Counted from the stretch's first letter, positions 26,510 through 36,492 are shown. The stretch is DNA of 64,000 nucleotides from Ignavibacteriota bacterium (GCA_963787835.1 CAWBEI010000002.1:576001-640000), one strand, 5' to 3'. Notes: generated from the sequence alone by a model not told the origin. Program-made: numbers and translations.

Positions 26510-27844
26510 ATGAAGATCAAACTCTCTCTTATAGTCCTTCTTTTTACCGTTGTTGCGCTTAAATCCCAGGCCCAAACGTATGGCTCCTGGCAGGTAATTG
26601 ATGGCGCGGGTAACTTCAACGAACAGCTTTCATCAATGGCGTGGCCTACTATGGATTCGGGTTTCTTCCTCGGAAACACGCTGCAAATTACTCGCACGAT
26701 AGACACTGGAGTTGATTTTACGGTGCAGCCATTTCCCGATCCCATCGATACGATCCATGCAGGCGGCAACACCTACTACAACCATCATTCCGCAATCCAA
26801 ACGGTAGCCGATATGGCATGGCCCAGCAATAATACTGGCTTCGTAGTCGGTATCTCCGGCAGCGATACGTTCGGCCATACAGCGGTTCCGACCGTCCTTG
26901 CAACGCAAGATGGCGGCAACACCTGGAACCAATATTATCCGGCCGATACCTTGGAGCTATTTAGCAACATCTATTTCCCGAGCGCAACCGTCGGGTATGG
27001 CTCTGCCTCATTAAGTGATGGTTCCGAAGCCTTTATCACCAAAACGACCGATGGTGGAAAGACATGGGCGAACGTGTTTCAGTCCGATAGCCTCCTCTTT
27101 AGAAATCTGCATTTTATCAATGCGAATAACGGAATATTTTTCGCACTAGGGATTTCGCTCCATCTTGGATACACCACCGACGGCGGCACATCGTTCCATT
27201 TGGTCTCCATGGGTACGGACTCCGCGCCGTATTTTCTACATTGGAATAATGACAGCTCCTGGCTCGTCGGCTCGGATAGCGTGTATCGCTCGATCGATTC
27301 CGGAAAGACCTGGAAAAGCGTTGTACCCTATGACACCGCCAATGGCTCTGCAGTGGTCGGGACCTTCTATGACGATTCCGGCTTTGTGTTCCGCGCAAAC
27401 AACCTGACGGTGCTCATGACCACAAATTCTGGTATATCCTGGAGTTCCAGCGTCATCTCCAACCCGGATTCTCTCACGCCACTCGCAGCATCGATGGTAT
27501 CACCCTATCTTGCATACTTGCTTGCCTTCGATAATACGCAAACGGGCAATGCGCTGTTAAAGATAGAATTCGAAAAATCATCGGGACCTCCCATGGGAGT
27601 TAACGAAGGTCCATCCGGCTCGACCCCATTTGCTGCTATTTATGGTAACAACGAGATCACCTTTACGATGTCCCCGGCCTCCGAAGCGCGTTCTATTCAA
27701 GTCATGGATGTCTTAGGGAGAACCTGTGCGTCACTCGCGCTTGCACCGAATGCAGGGAGTTCCCAACTTGGAATTACATCATTACGGCCCGGAACCTACT
27801 TTGCTGAACTCAGCGGATCGACCGTAACGTTTGTGATCCCATAA
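26510..27844 (+). CDS. Ycf48/BNR-repeat beta-propeller, probable T9SS cargo
   Basis: Signal peptide; T.DGG.TW repeats; CTD-like tail DVLGR...LRPGTYF. Confidence 0.78.
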   Translation: MKIKLSLIVLLFTVVALKSQAQTYGSWQVIDGAGNFNEQLSSMAWPTMDSGFFLGNTLQITRTIDTGVDFTVQPFPDPIDTIHAGGNTYYNHHSAIQTVADMAWPSNNTGFVVGISGSDTFGHTAVPTVLATQDGGNTWNQYYPADTLELFSNIYFPSATVGYGSASLSDGSEAFITKTTDGGKTWANVFQSDSLLFRNLHFINANNGIFFALGISLHLGYTTDGGTSFHLVSMGTDSAPYFLHWNNDSSWLVGSDSVYRSIDSGKTWKSVVPYDTANGSAVVGTFYDDSGFVFRANNLTVLMTTNSGISWSSSVISNPDSLTPLAASMVSPYLAYLLAFDNTQTGNALLKIEFEKSSGPPMGVNEGPSGSTPFAAIYGNNEITFTMSPASEARSIQVMDVLGRTCASLALAPNAGSSQLGITSLRPGTYFAELSGSTVTFVIP

Positions 27845-27850
27845 GTCCGA

Positions 27851-28816
27851 TCAGTGAGAGCGAAGTTTAGTTATTTCTTCAGTCAACGTTGGTAATATCT
27901 CGAATGCATCGCCGATGATCCCGTAATCGGCGATGCTGAAGATCGGGGCGTTCTCGTCCTTATTGATCGCCACGATCGTTTTGGAACTGGACATTCCTGC
28001 CAGATGCTGCACCGCGCCAGAGATACCAACCGCAACATAAAGGGTTGGAGAAACCGTTTTTCCTGTCTGCCCAACCTGTTCCGAATGCGGCCGCCAACCT
28101 GCATCGACCACAGCCCGCGATGCACCTGTAGCACCACCGAATGCCGCAGCAAGATTCTCGATCAATGCCCAGTTTTCGGGGCCGCGCATTCCCCGGCCAC
28201 CGGAAACGATAATATCTGCTTCAGCAACATCGATCTTACCCTGCGAAAGCACGAGGGTCTTCGTCTGCTCCGCAAAATCCGAATCCTCGAACCCAACTGT
28301 GATAGAATTAACGGATGGTTCGCTTGCAGGAGCTTCAACCGGAGCCTTCCATAAATTTGGACGGGTCGAATAAATTTTCACGGGAGTGGTAACCCGAACG
28401 CCTACTTGTGCCTTCCCTGCATATACCGGATGCGTTGCGACGATCTCACCCGCTTCCAATGAAAACGCTGTAACATCTGGCACGTAACCCGCTTCCAGGC
28501 GAACAGCCACGCGCGGGGCGAGATCTTTACCGCGTCCGGTCTCGCCGATAAGAACTACATCGGCCGAAGCCTGTCTTGCGATCTCTGCAAGCGCTTTGCT
28601 GCTGGCGTGGGAAGAATAATTGGCAAGTCGTACATCACTCACGGAATAAATGGCACTAACGTTCAACAGCTTGGACTGCTCGATCAGTGTGGATGAATCC
28701 GCGCCAACGATGGCGGCGATCACATTTCCTCCAAGTGCTTGTGCAGCCCCAATGGCTTCGAGGGATGGTTTACGAATTTGCCCGTTACGTTCTTCGAGAT
28801 AAACGAGGATGTTCAT
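27851..28816 (-). CDS. etfA: electron transfer flavoprotein alpha subunit
   Basis: IVSGGRG, GASRAVVDAGW, QVGQTGKTV, GISGAVQHLAGM. Confidence 0.95.
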   Translation of the reverse strand: MNILVYLEERNGQIRKPSLEAIGAAQALGGNVIAAIVGADSSTLIEQSKLLNVSAIYSVSDVRLANYSSHASSKALAEIARQASADVVLIGETGRGKDLAPRVAVRLEAGYVPDVTAFSLEAGEIVATHPVYAGKAQVGVRVTTPVKIYSTRPNLWKAPVEAPASEPSVNSITVGFEDSDFAEQTKTLVLSQGKIDVAEADIIVSGGRGMRGPENWALIENLAAAFGGATGASRAVVDAGWRPHSEQVGQTGKTVSPTLYVAVGISGAVQHLAGMSSSKTIVAINKDENAPIFSIADYGIIGDAFEILPTLTEEITKLRSH

Positions 28817-28823
28817 TGGTCGT

Positions 28824-28895
28824 GTAGCCGTGACCTTCAGGTCACGGTGTGATTTGGTTTCAATTTTTACACCGTGACCTGAAGGTCACGGCTAC
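28824..28895. repeat. intergenic GTAG-REP doublet between etfB and etfA
   Basis: GTAGCCGTGACCTTCAGGTCACGGTGT / ACACCGTGACCTGAAGGTCACGGCTAC perfect inverted pair. Confidence 0.92.
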
Positions 28896-28899
28896 GAGG

Positions 28900-29652
28900 T
28901 TAAATTACTTTTGCTTCTTCGTGCAATAACCGCACAAGTTCCTGCGCTGCTCCAACGGCGTTGCCATCGGATTTCAGTATTTTATTTGCGCGCTTCTTTT
29001 CCGGTTTCGTCATCAGAACGATCTCCGTTCGAGTTGCGCCGGAGGTGCCATTCGTTTCCTGAATGGGTTTCTGTTTCGCTTTCATAATATTCGGAAGCGA
29101 AGGATACCTCGGGTCGTTCAAGCCTTTCTGTGCGGCAACAATGCACGGCATCGTAAGTTCGATCACTTCGCGCCCGCCTTCAACTTCCTTTTCGGCGGTC
29201 GCCGTGTTGCCTTCGATAGTAAGGCTCACGACTACGGTTGCAGCAGGAAGATTCAAGAGTTCGGATAGCATCGGCGCGATCTCCATCCCATCGAAATCAA
29301 TGGATTGTTTGCCAAGCAAAATAAGATCGGCGTTCAGCGGCCTTATTGCGTCGGCGAGCATCGAAGCGACCTGAAAAGAATCTTTTTTCTCGCCTTTGAT
29401 GAGAATGCCCTTATCCGCGCCCATTGCAAGCGCTTGCCGTATGGCTTCCTTCGCATTATCGGCGCCAACGGAGATCGCCGTTACTTCGCCTTTATGTTTA
29501 TCCCGAAGCCGGAGTGCTTCCTCGACTGCGAATTCATCATAAGGATTGAGAATAAACTTCACCCCCGCTGGATCCATGGACTTGCCGTCGGTGGCAACAT
29601 TGATCTTCGTAGTAGTATCGGGTACGTGGCTAACGCAAACGAGAATGTTCAT
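28900..29652 (-). CDS. etfB: electron transfer flavoprotein beta subunit
   Basis: VPDT, NPYDEFAVEEAL, ALAMGAD, GKQSID, PRYPSL. Confidence 0.95.
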   Translation of the reverse strand: MNILVCVSHVPDTTTKINVATDGKSMDPAGVKFILNPYDEFAVEEALRLRDKHKGEVTAISVGADNAKEAIRQALAMGADKGILIKGEKKDSFQVASMLADAIRPLNADLILLGKQSIDFDGMEIAPMLSELLNLPAATVVVSLTIEGNTATAEKEVEGGREVIELTMPCIVAAQKGLNDPRYPSLPNIMKAKQKPIQETNGTSGATRTEIVLMTKPEKKRANKILKSDGNAVGAAQELVRLLHEEAKVI

Positions 29653-29662
29653 TGGCTAACGC

Positions 29663-29790
29663 AGTGGATAGTGTACAGTGGAAAGTTGATAGTAGGGGTT
29701 CGGATAGGAATTACCAAAAATCAGGCACAAGGGGTACCAGTTCATTTTCAAATATTCGCTATCCACTATCCACTTTTCCACTATCAACTA
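29663..29790. repeat. inverted pair of heptamer arrays (AGTGGAT / ATCCACT) upstream of etfB
   Basis: agtggat agtgtac agtggaa agttgat (29663-29690) and atccact atccact tttccact atcaact (29761-29789). Confidence 0.7.
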
Positions 29791-30086
29791 ATTATGAATG
29801 ACATCGACTCTTCGAGGCTCTCCTCCATCTCCTCTACTTCGAGATTGCCGTAGGGCGTAATGAAATGGGGTAAGTCCTTGTGAGCGGCGGTCTTGAACAC
29901 CAGCCTTCGATTCAAAATTTCAAAAAGATCTCTGGAAAGAAACAACCTCGCGAACGGTCTTCCTTTTTCATGCAGATCACGAGCCTGCGCATAGATCGCG
30001 TTCTTGATCGTGTCGTAAGAAAGATCGTCTTCAGAGAGCTTTACTCGAACGAGGTCAGCAGCAAGGGAGGGTGGGTCTGTCGCCAT
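29784..30086 (-). CDS. hypothetical 100-aa protein
   Basis: Compact ORF in frame with neighbouring minus-strand genes. Confidence 0.65.
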   Translation of the reverse strand: MATDPPSLAADLVRVKLSEDDLSYDTIKNAIYAQARDLHEKGRPFARLFLSRDLFEILNRRLVFKTAAHKDLPHFITPYGNLEVEEMEESLEESMSFIIS

Positions 30087-30112
30087 GAATGATTGAACAG
30101 CCGAAATGCAGA

Positions 30113-30928
30113 TCAGGTGCGTTCGGAAGGTAATTGTCCTGCGTAAAGGAGTGTCTGGTATCGCATGTCTATCTGGCCGCCGGCATTGTATCTATTGAAA
30201 ATAAGTTGAAGCGCCGCGATCATTTCCTGGTACTGTTCATCACCTTCGGCGGGAACGTAGGAGGATGATACTAAGCGCCCTTTCAGCCCATCGAAATCCA
30301 TCGAGATATTATTTTCGAATTGCAATTCGATAACAGGATACCCGTGGAAAAACTCGAGTACTCTGGACGAATTCGATGTATGGATATTCGCGTCCGGTGC
30401 ACTCTTCGTATGAACATTCCGATGATTTATCTCGGTGTAGTCTGTTCCAAAATCCAATAAAAGTTGTTCGTAGGCAATGAGAAAGGGTGTCGTATCCGTC
30501 TCACGGTCATTCCAGAGAATAACAACCCATCCACCCGGCTTCAAGATGCGTTTGAACTCTGCATAGGCGCGCTCGAAATCGAACCAATGAAATGCCTGCC
30601 CTGCAATAATGTAATCCACGCTACTATCAGGAAGAGTTGTCGCCTCAGCAGTGGCATCGAGGCTCTTAAAATTCTTGTATGTTGCAAGGTAGTGCTCTCC
30701 GGCTTCCCGCATGGGGCCGTTAGGTTCGATGGCATAGACAAAATTTCCATTTTCAAGAAAAAGCTCGGTCGAAAATCCGGTGCCGGATCCAATATCGGCA
30801 ACGATGTGGTTTGGGCGGAGGCCTGTATGCTCGCGGAGCGCATAAACCACCTCTTTGGGATAATGCGGCCGGTACTTCAGATAGGCTTCCACGCGGGAAG
30901 AGAATCGCTCGGTAGAGAGAGTTGACAT
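30113..30928 (-). CDS. class I SAM-dependent methyltransferase
   Basis: ADIGSGTG, AIEPN, AGQAFHWFD, ILKPGG. Confidence 0.9.
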   Translation of the reverse strand: MSTLSTERFSSRVEAYLKYRPHYPKEVVYALREHTGLRPNHIVADIGSGTGFSTELFLENGNFVYAIEPNGPMREAGEHYLATYKNFKSLDATAEATTLPDSSVDYIIAGQAFHWFDFERAYAEFKRILKPGGWVVILWNDRETDTTPFLIAYEQLLLDFGTDYTEINHRNVHTKSAPDANIHTSNSSRVLEFFHGYPVIELQFENNISMDFDGLKGRLVSSSYVPAEGDEQYQEMIAALQLIFNRYNAGGQIDMRYQTLLYAGQLPSERT

Positions 30929-30993
30929 GTCAAAATTCTACGGGTAAATGCTTATGTGGTTCCGTGATTTTGGCGTCAAGCCATTCTGTGTCG

Positions 30994-31001
30994 TAACTTT
31001 G
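30994..31001 (+). promoter_or_regulatory. TAnnTTTG (-7) promoter element for DUF47-pit operon
   Basis: TAACTTTG with upstream TTTG at about 30969. Confidence 0.55.
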
Positions 31002-31047
31002 CACGAAGTTTATTGATTGGCCTCTTAGACGACATTATCAATTACGT

Positions 31048-31695
31048 ATGGGTTTTTCATCTTTCCTCCGCCGGTTGCTTCCAAAGGAGAATCAGTATTT
31101 TAGGCTTTTTACTGCTAATATTGCCAATATTCAAGAAGCAGCAACTGACCTGCGAAAACTGCTTGATGCCAAAACAACCTCCGACCGGAAAATCCTCGTT
31201 GCTCGTATCGAAGATGCGGAGCATCGCGGCGATGAGATAACGCACGATATTTTTGCCGATCTTTCGAAAACATTTGTAACCCCGATCGACCGAGAGGATA
31301 TCCATGCCCTTGCCGGGGAGATCGATGATATTCTCGATCTGATGGAAGATGTTGCCCTGCGCACCATCCTCTACGACGTAACAGAATTTCCACCGGAATT
31401 CCGCGACTTGACAGACATCCTTGTGAAAGCCGTCGAAAATCTTGTAGTGGCAGTGCCGTTGCTCGGCGATATGAAGAACGTTGAGATCATTCTGCGATCC
31501 TGTGAGCATGTCAATACATGTGAGAATGCTGGAGACGATATCTATCATAACGCGATCGCACGTCTGTTCCGTGATATCAAAGATCCCATCGAACTCATCA
31601 AGCTGAAGGAGATCATTTCAGATATTGAAGAAGCGATCGATAAGTGCGAACATGTCGCTAATCTTGTCGAGGGTGTGGTAGTAAAATATGCATAA
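31048..31695 (+). CDS. DUF47 / PhoU-like phosphate transport regulator
   Basis: EHRGD...F.TPIDREDI..LA..IDD.LD; adjacent to Pit. Confidence 0.9.
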   Translation: MGFSSFLRRLLPKENQYFRLFTANIANIQEAATDLRKLLDAKTTSDRKILVARIEDAEHRGDEITHDIFADLSKTFVTPIDREDIHALAGEIDDILDLMEDVALRTILYDVTEFPPEFRDLTDILVKAVENLVVAVPLLGDMKNVEIILRSCEHVNTCENAGDDIYHNAIARLFRDIKDPIELIKLKEIISDIEEAIDKCEHVANLVEGVVVKYA

Positions 31696-32697
31696 GTGCC
31701 TGTGACCCTAATTATCGTCGTCATTTGTATCGCGTTCGTCTTTGATTATTTCAATGGCTTCCATGATGCGGCCAATTCCATCGCCACCATTGTCTCGACT
31801 CGCGTCCTCACCCCCGGTCAGGCAGTGCTTTGGGCTGCATTCTTTAATTTTGTAGCCGTCTTTGGTTTTGGAACCGCAGTGGCAAAAACGGTTGGCTCCG
31901 GGATGGTGGATATCAGTGTTGTCACCACCTATGTGGTGCTTGCTGCACTGATCGGAGCGATCGTATGGGACATCATTACGTGGTGGCTCGGGCTTCCGAC
32001 CAGTTCTTCTCATGCACTTGTAGGAGCCTTTGCAGGCGCCGCAGTAGCAAAAGCAGGCTCGTTCGGCGTTATCATTGCATCCGGGTGGACGCTCACACTT
32101 GCATTTATCGTTCTGGCGCCGATGGTCGGGTTGCTTCTGGGATTTTTTATCTTTCTTCTCGTTACTTGGCTATTCCGAAAAAAATCACCAATGGCGGTCG
32201 ATAGATGGTTCCGGCGCGGTCAACTTGTTTCTGCCGCTGCATACTCACTCGGTCACGGTACGAATGACGCCCAAAAAACGATGGGCATCGTGGCCAGCCT
32301 TTTGTTCGCCAACCACATGATCCCAAAATTTGAGATCCCAATATACGTGATCATCGGTGCCTACCTTGCCATGGGGCTTGGCACACTTTCCGGAGGATGG
32401 CGCATTGTTCGCACCATGGGCATGGGCATTACGCCGCTAAAGCCGATCGGTGGTTTTGCAGCCGAACTAGCATCGGCAGCAACGCTCTTCGGGTCATCTG
32501 TGCTTGGAGTACCCGTATCGACAACCCATACCATTACTGGCGCGATCGTCGGTGTTGGTTCCCTCCGCAGACTATCCGCCGTTCGATGGGGAGTTGCTAC
32601 ACGTATCATTTGGGCCTGGCTACTAACCATCCCAGCAAGTGGAGGCATCGCGGCACTTTCCTATTATCTAATGAGAGCGCTTGGTTATGCCCAATGA
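31696..32697 (+). CDS. pit: inorganic phosphate transporter (PiT family)
   Basis: NGFHDAANSIAT, GLPTSSSHAL, HGTNDAQK, PVSTTH. Confidence 0.93.
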   Translation: MPVTLIIVVICIAFVFDYFNGFHDAANSIATIVSTRVLTPGQAVLWAAFFNFVAVFGFGTAVAKTVGSGMVDISVVTTYVVLAALIGAIVWDIITWWLGLPTSSSHALVGAFAGAAVAKAGSFGVIIASGWTLTLAFIVLAPMVGLLLGFFIFLLVTWLFRKKSPMAVDRWFRRGQLVSAAAYSLGHGTNDAQKTMGIVASLLFANHMIPKFEIPIYVIIGAYLAMGLGTLSGGWRIVRTMGMGITPLKPIGGFAAELASAATLFGSSVLGVPVSTTHTITGAIVGVGSLRRLSAVRWGVATRIIWAWLLTIPASGGIAALSYYLMRALGYAQ

Positions 32698-33271
32698 TAG
32701 TATTCAAGATGCTGATGATAAGCATGTGCTTCGATGGAGGACTACGTCCAAATCCGTTGTGGCCGAAAACCCCTTTTTAAAGCTCGAATTACATAATCGC
32801 GAAGAGGAGGAGACGGGACGTAAGGCAAATTTCTATATTGTCGGAGCACCAGACTGGGTAAACATCATTGCCATAACGGAAGCGAACGAGGTGGTGCTCA
32901 TCGAGCAATTCCGTCACGGCAGCGAACGGATCGAGCTCGAGATCCCAAGTGGCATCATCGAGCCTGGCGAAGATCCAGCCCATGCCGCACTTCGTGAATT
33001 ACTCGAAGAAACAGGATATGAAAAAAGCGAACACAGTGAGTTCAAAAGTATTGGCGAGGTCCTGCCAAATCCTGCCTTCATGGAGAACACCTGCTATACG
33101 TATCTACTGACGAACGCCCGATTAACCGGCAATACAAATTTCGATGAGTATGAGAACATTCGGGTAGTTCGTATTCCTCGCGCGGAGATCGATCGTTTGA
33201 TCAAAAGCGGCAAAATTCAGAATGCCATCATCATTGCAGCATTCTACTTATGTAAACTTGCAGGAAATTAG
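32687..33271 (+). CDS. NUDIX hydrolase (ADP-ribose pyrophosphatase-like)
   Basis: EIPSGIIEPGEDPAHAALRELLEETGY Nudix box. Confidence 0.9.
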   Translation: MPNDSIQDADDKHVLRWRTTSKSVVAENPFLKLELHNREEEETGRKANFYIVGAPDWVNIIAITEANEVVLIEQFRHGSERIELEIPSGIIEPGEDPAHAALRELLEETGYEKSEHSEFKSIGEVLPNPAFMENTCYTYLLTNARLTGNTNFDEYENIRVVRIPRAEIDRLIKSGKIQNAIIIAAFYLCKLAGN

Positions 33272-33328
33272 CGCTGGAAGAATCTCCGAGATATCGGGTT
33301 CCCAATTGTGAGCGATGGACATAAAAAT

Positions 33329-33386
33329 GCCTCATCCACGGGGAAAGCAAGCGTGTTTCACTAATCCCACATATATTGGATGAGGC
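33329..33386 (-). terminator. possible terminator or small-RNA hairpin between convergent genes
   Basis: GCCTCATCCA / TGGATGAGGC 10-bp stem, followed by ATTTTT on the minus strand; loop is long (38 nt). Confidence 0.35.
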
Positions 33387-33519
33387 CGCCCCGTTGCTAC
33401 TTGGAAGAGACAACAAGGACGTGCTTTAAATCACAAAAATGAGGTAATGAATCTCTCTCAGAGACAATTTCTTCAGAAAAATAAGAAATTTCTAATAAAA
33501 AATCACCTAATCCTAAGCA

Positions 33520-34380
33520 TCACGCCGCCGGAGCATTCCGAGCCGAAGAAATAGAAACCTCTGGCTTACGTACAGGTGTCGATTGATGGTCGTTCTCCAT
33601 AGTTTTTTCCACCGTATCTGTGAAAACGAGCTTCTTCTTGATCGCCATTTGCTCGAGCAATGGAACAAGCGGAAGCGAATCGAGCTGGCTGGCTGCGAGA
33701 ATATCTGCTTCAAAGCCAAGCTCGAGCAACCTCTGACCATGGTCCGACTCCCGAAGCGTCCGGTAAATATCCGAACCGTAATGCTGATAGATGGAAAGCG
33801 CGGCCCGTGCCCCATCTGTCAGGCGTTCATCAGTGTTACTGGAATCCACTGGCCCAAACCTCGCCAACAACCGCGTGATAAGCATTCCGGCGCATGTAGC
33901 ATCCTCTAAGGAAAACTCATCTTCGTGTCCGCTGCAAAGGATGATGATATGCTCTTTTGCAATACCGGGTATCGCGGAAAGTGCCTCGACCGTGGCCGAA
34001 AGATTTACAAAACTCGATACAAAACATTGCCTGGCATATTTCGCCTTCGTGAGCGCAACAGCGCCATTCGTCGTCGTGAGAATCAACGATTTACCACGGA
34101 CTGCCTCCTCGGTGTATTCGAACGGTGAATTACCAAGCGTAAAACCTTCGATCCGCTTGCCACCACGTTCGCCACAAAGGACGGTCGAGGTCGAATGCAA
34201 GTTGCCGACGATCTTCATCGCCTGTTCGACGGTTGCAACAGGGATGATCTCACGCGCGCCCGCGCGCATGGCGTACGTGATCGTGGTCGAGGCGCGAAGC
34301 ACATCGATGGCAACGACGATCTTATCGCGAAGCTCCAGCTCGTCGAGATGATTCGGAGAAAAATATACGGTTAAATGCAC
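33520..34380 (-). CDS. comB: 2-phosphosulfolactate phosphatase family
   Basis: IDVLRASTTI, GERGG..I.GF.LGNSP, TTTNG, FSLED..CAG. Confidence 0.88.
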   Translation of the reverse strand: MHLTVYFSPNHLDELELRDKIVVAIDVLRASTTITYAMRAGAREIIPVATVEQAMKIVGNLHSTSTVLCGERGGKRIEGFTLGNSPFEYTEEAVRGKSLILTTTNGAVALTKAKYARQCFVSSFVNLSATVEALSAIPGIAKEHIIILCSGHEDEFSLEDATCAGMLITRLLARFGPVDSSNTDERLTDGARAALSIYQHYGSDIYRTLRESDHGQRLLELGFEADILAASQLDSLPLVPLLEQMAIKKKLVFTDTVEKTMENDHQSTPVRKPEVSISSARNAPAA

Positions 34381-34623
34381 TATTCTTATGTATTTAGCAT
34401 GATTGGCGCCATCTCACTGTAAAGAGGCGTTTGACCTTTTTATTGACGTAGAAGTTGGCATGAACAAACTGACCCTCGCGTCGATAATCTTATTTTTTAT
34501 GGTCTCGATCATAATAACGAACACTAAACCCGCAACGTCCCCGAATTCATCCCCAAATTGATTGGAACTGAAAACCATGGCCTGAGCACCTTTGAAATGC
34601 CATGATCAGCATTGGAAGTTTGA

Positions 34624-35073
34624 TCACTTTAACCGAGTATCAATGGAGAGATCTTCGATAGAAAGAATATCGAGTCCGTTCGCACGAGGATGGAATGGGT
34701 TTATTAGGATATTCTCTTCATCCTGCACAATAACCGATGGCACCCCGATAGCAAGAGAGCTTCCCTGTTGAAGAAACTTGTCACCGAATGTTTGGCTGAC
34801 TCTTGTTGGAGGAACATCATCCCAGCCAGAAGGCATATTCGTGACGTGGAAAATTGGAATTCTCAACCGTGCCGGAATCTGTAACGTGACCATGACCATA
34901 CCGCTAGGCAATATCGTAGAATGCGCTAACAGTTCCAACAATGCAAGCGAACGCGAACTGGCGGTGTAGAGCATCGCGTTTCCCATGCTATTCCATCGCC
35001 CACCAACCAATTGTGCGCCTCGCCCCGTGAGATCGCGCGCATGAATCCGTTTCGAAATCCGATAGACGGTCAT
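34624..35073 (-). CDS. RES-domain toxin (NAD+ phosphorylase-like)
   Basis: VYRI, GGRWN, YTASS.SLA.LE, VPS.IV..E.NILINP. Confidence 0.9.
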   Translation of the reverse strand: MTVYRISKRIHARDLTGRGAQLVGGRWNSMGNAMLYTASSRSLALLELLAHSTILPSGMVMVTLQIPARLRIPIFHVTNMPSGWDDVPPTRVSQTFGDKFLQQGSSLAIGVPSVIVQDEENILINPFHPRANGLDILSIEDLSIDTRLK

Positions 35074-35573
35074 TAATACACGCCGTGCTCGACACGCATC
35101 AATTCCGACATAACGACATGCATTCCTGTTGTGGTATCCAAAAGTTCATTCGGCGATCTTCCACCCAATGCACGGCTCGGAAGGCTGAGCCACGCTCGGA
35201 ACGCAGCATCATCCCCGAACACGGAACGACCATTTTCGACGATCTGAGCAACGAGAAGTGCGCGCTCCGATGAGGCAGAATCGATCACCGCATTCTGTTT
35301 GCGATATCGTTGGATCGTCCGCCAGGCAACCTGAAGATACCGCGACCAATCTTCGTTAGAAAAATTCGTTTCCTTCTGAATTTCTTCCAGTTCGCGCCCT
35401 CGAATCCCCTGTTTCGCTTTCTCGATCACACCCATCGGTGTCAGGGTCGCTGCCCAATGAAGCATGCGGTCAGATTTGCCGAGTTTCATGCGTAACCGAC
35501 CTACCGAATCACCCTTCTTCGAGCGAATCAGCACATCTGATTGTTTGGCGCGTTCTATTTGAATTTTTCCCAT
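35073..35573 (-). CDS. Xre/MbcA/ParS antitoxin
   Basis: HTH (RTIQRY) plus VFGD...F..WL..P..ALGG..P..LLDT..G; 1-nt overlap with RES gene. Confidence 0.88.
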   Translation of the reverse strand: MGKIQIERAKQSDVLIRSKKGDSVGRLRMKLGKSDRMLHWAATLTPMGVIEKAKQGIRGRELEEIQKETNFSNEDWSRYLQVAWRTIQRYRKQNAVIDSASSERALLVAQIVENGRSVFGDDAAFRAWLSLPSRALGGRSPNELLDTTTGMHVVMSELMRVEHGVY

Positions 35574-35581
35574 AATGACTT

Positions 35582-35602
35582 TTGTCGCGATTATTGTGAC
35601 AA
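35582..35602. promoter_or_regulatory. possible Xre operator
   Basis: TTGTCGCGA-TTA-TTGTGACAA imperfect inverted repeat just upstream of the antitoxin. Confidence 0.4.
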
Positions 35603-35739
35603 TTATCCAACCCAGCAGGGCTATCAAGAATTCCCTCGGTCACGAAGTCCTGAATTGTCTCACGGGATTCCCCCACCCTGCTTTCGGTGTTCTCCGCCAT
35701 CGAATTAGCAAGATCCATGAGCTTGAGAGAACATCGTAC

Positions 35740-36492
35740 ATGAGCGGACACTCCAAATGGTCGCAAATCAAGCGGAAAAAGGCGGTCACGGATAGGAACC
35801 GTGGCCGGCTGTTCACGCGGTTTATTCGGGAAATACAGATCGCGGCGCGCACCGGCGGCGGCGACCCGGATGGCAATCCACGCCTGCGTTTTGCGATCGA
35901 GCAGGCGCGCAAGAACTCCATGCCGGCCGATAATATCAAGCGCGCCATTGCTCGCGGCGCGGGCGGCGAGGGAGCAGAGGCGCTCGTTGAAGGAAGCTAT
36001 GAAGTCTATGGTCCGGGCGGCGTGGCGATCATCGTAGAAACCGCAACGGATAATAAGAACCGCACCGTCGGAGAAATTCGTCATGCCCTTAGTAAGTATG
36101 GAGGCAATCTCGGTGAATCCGGCGCGGTAAGCTGGATGTTCACAAAAACGGGAACCATCGTCGTTCCTCGTTCTGCGATCACCGAGGAGCGATTGCTCGA
36201 TCTCATTCTGGAATCCGGAGCCGACGATCTCCGCACCGACGATCCGGAATTTTTCGAAGTCAGAACCTCGCCAGCCGATTTCGAACGCGTGCGCGATAAG
36301 TTAGTCGATGAAAAGATCCCGATCGAAGATGCAAAATTTGCGATGATTCCTGCGAACATGGTTGCGGTCTCCGGCGATAATGCGGCAAAGCTCGTGAAGC
36401 TCATCGAAGCGCTCGAAGAGAACGACGACGTGCAGAACGTGTTCTCCAATGCTGACATCGATGAAGCCGCAATGGAAAATCTCAACGAATGA
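35740..36492 (+). CDS. yebC: YebC/PmpR family protein
   Basis: MSGHSKWSQIKRKK, YGPGG, TDNKNRT, LEENDDVQNV. Confidence 0.95.
   Translation: MSGHSKWSQIKRKKAVTDRNRGRLFTRFIREIQIAARTGGGDPDGNPRLRFAIEQARKNSMPADNIKRAIARGAGGEGAEALVEGSYEVYGPGGVAIIVETATDNKNRTVGEIRHALSKYGGNLGESGAVSWMFTKTGTIVVPRSAITEERLLDLILESGADDLRTDDPEFFEVRTSPADFERVRDKLVDEKIPIEDAKFAMIPANMVAVSGDNAAKLVKLIEALEENDDVQNVFSNADIDEAAMENLNE

Noticed and set aside
14858-28895. Repeated palindromes as a CRISPR array or integron attC sites
   Set aside because: No regular repeat-spacer period, no cas or integrase gene, no attC core sites
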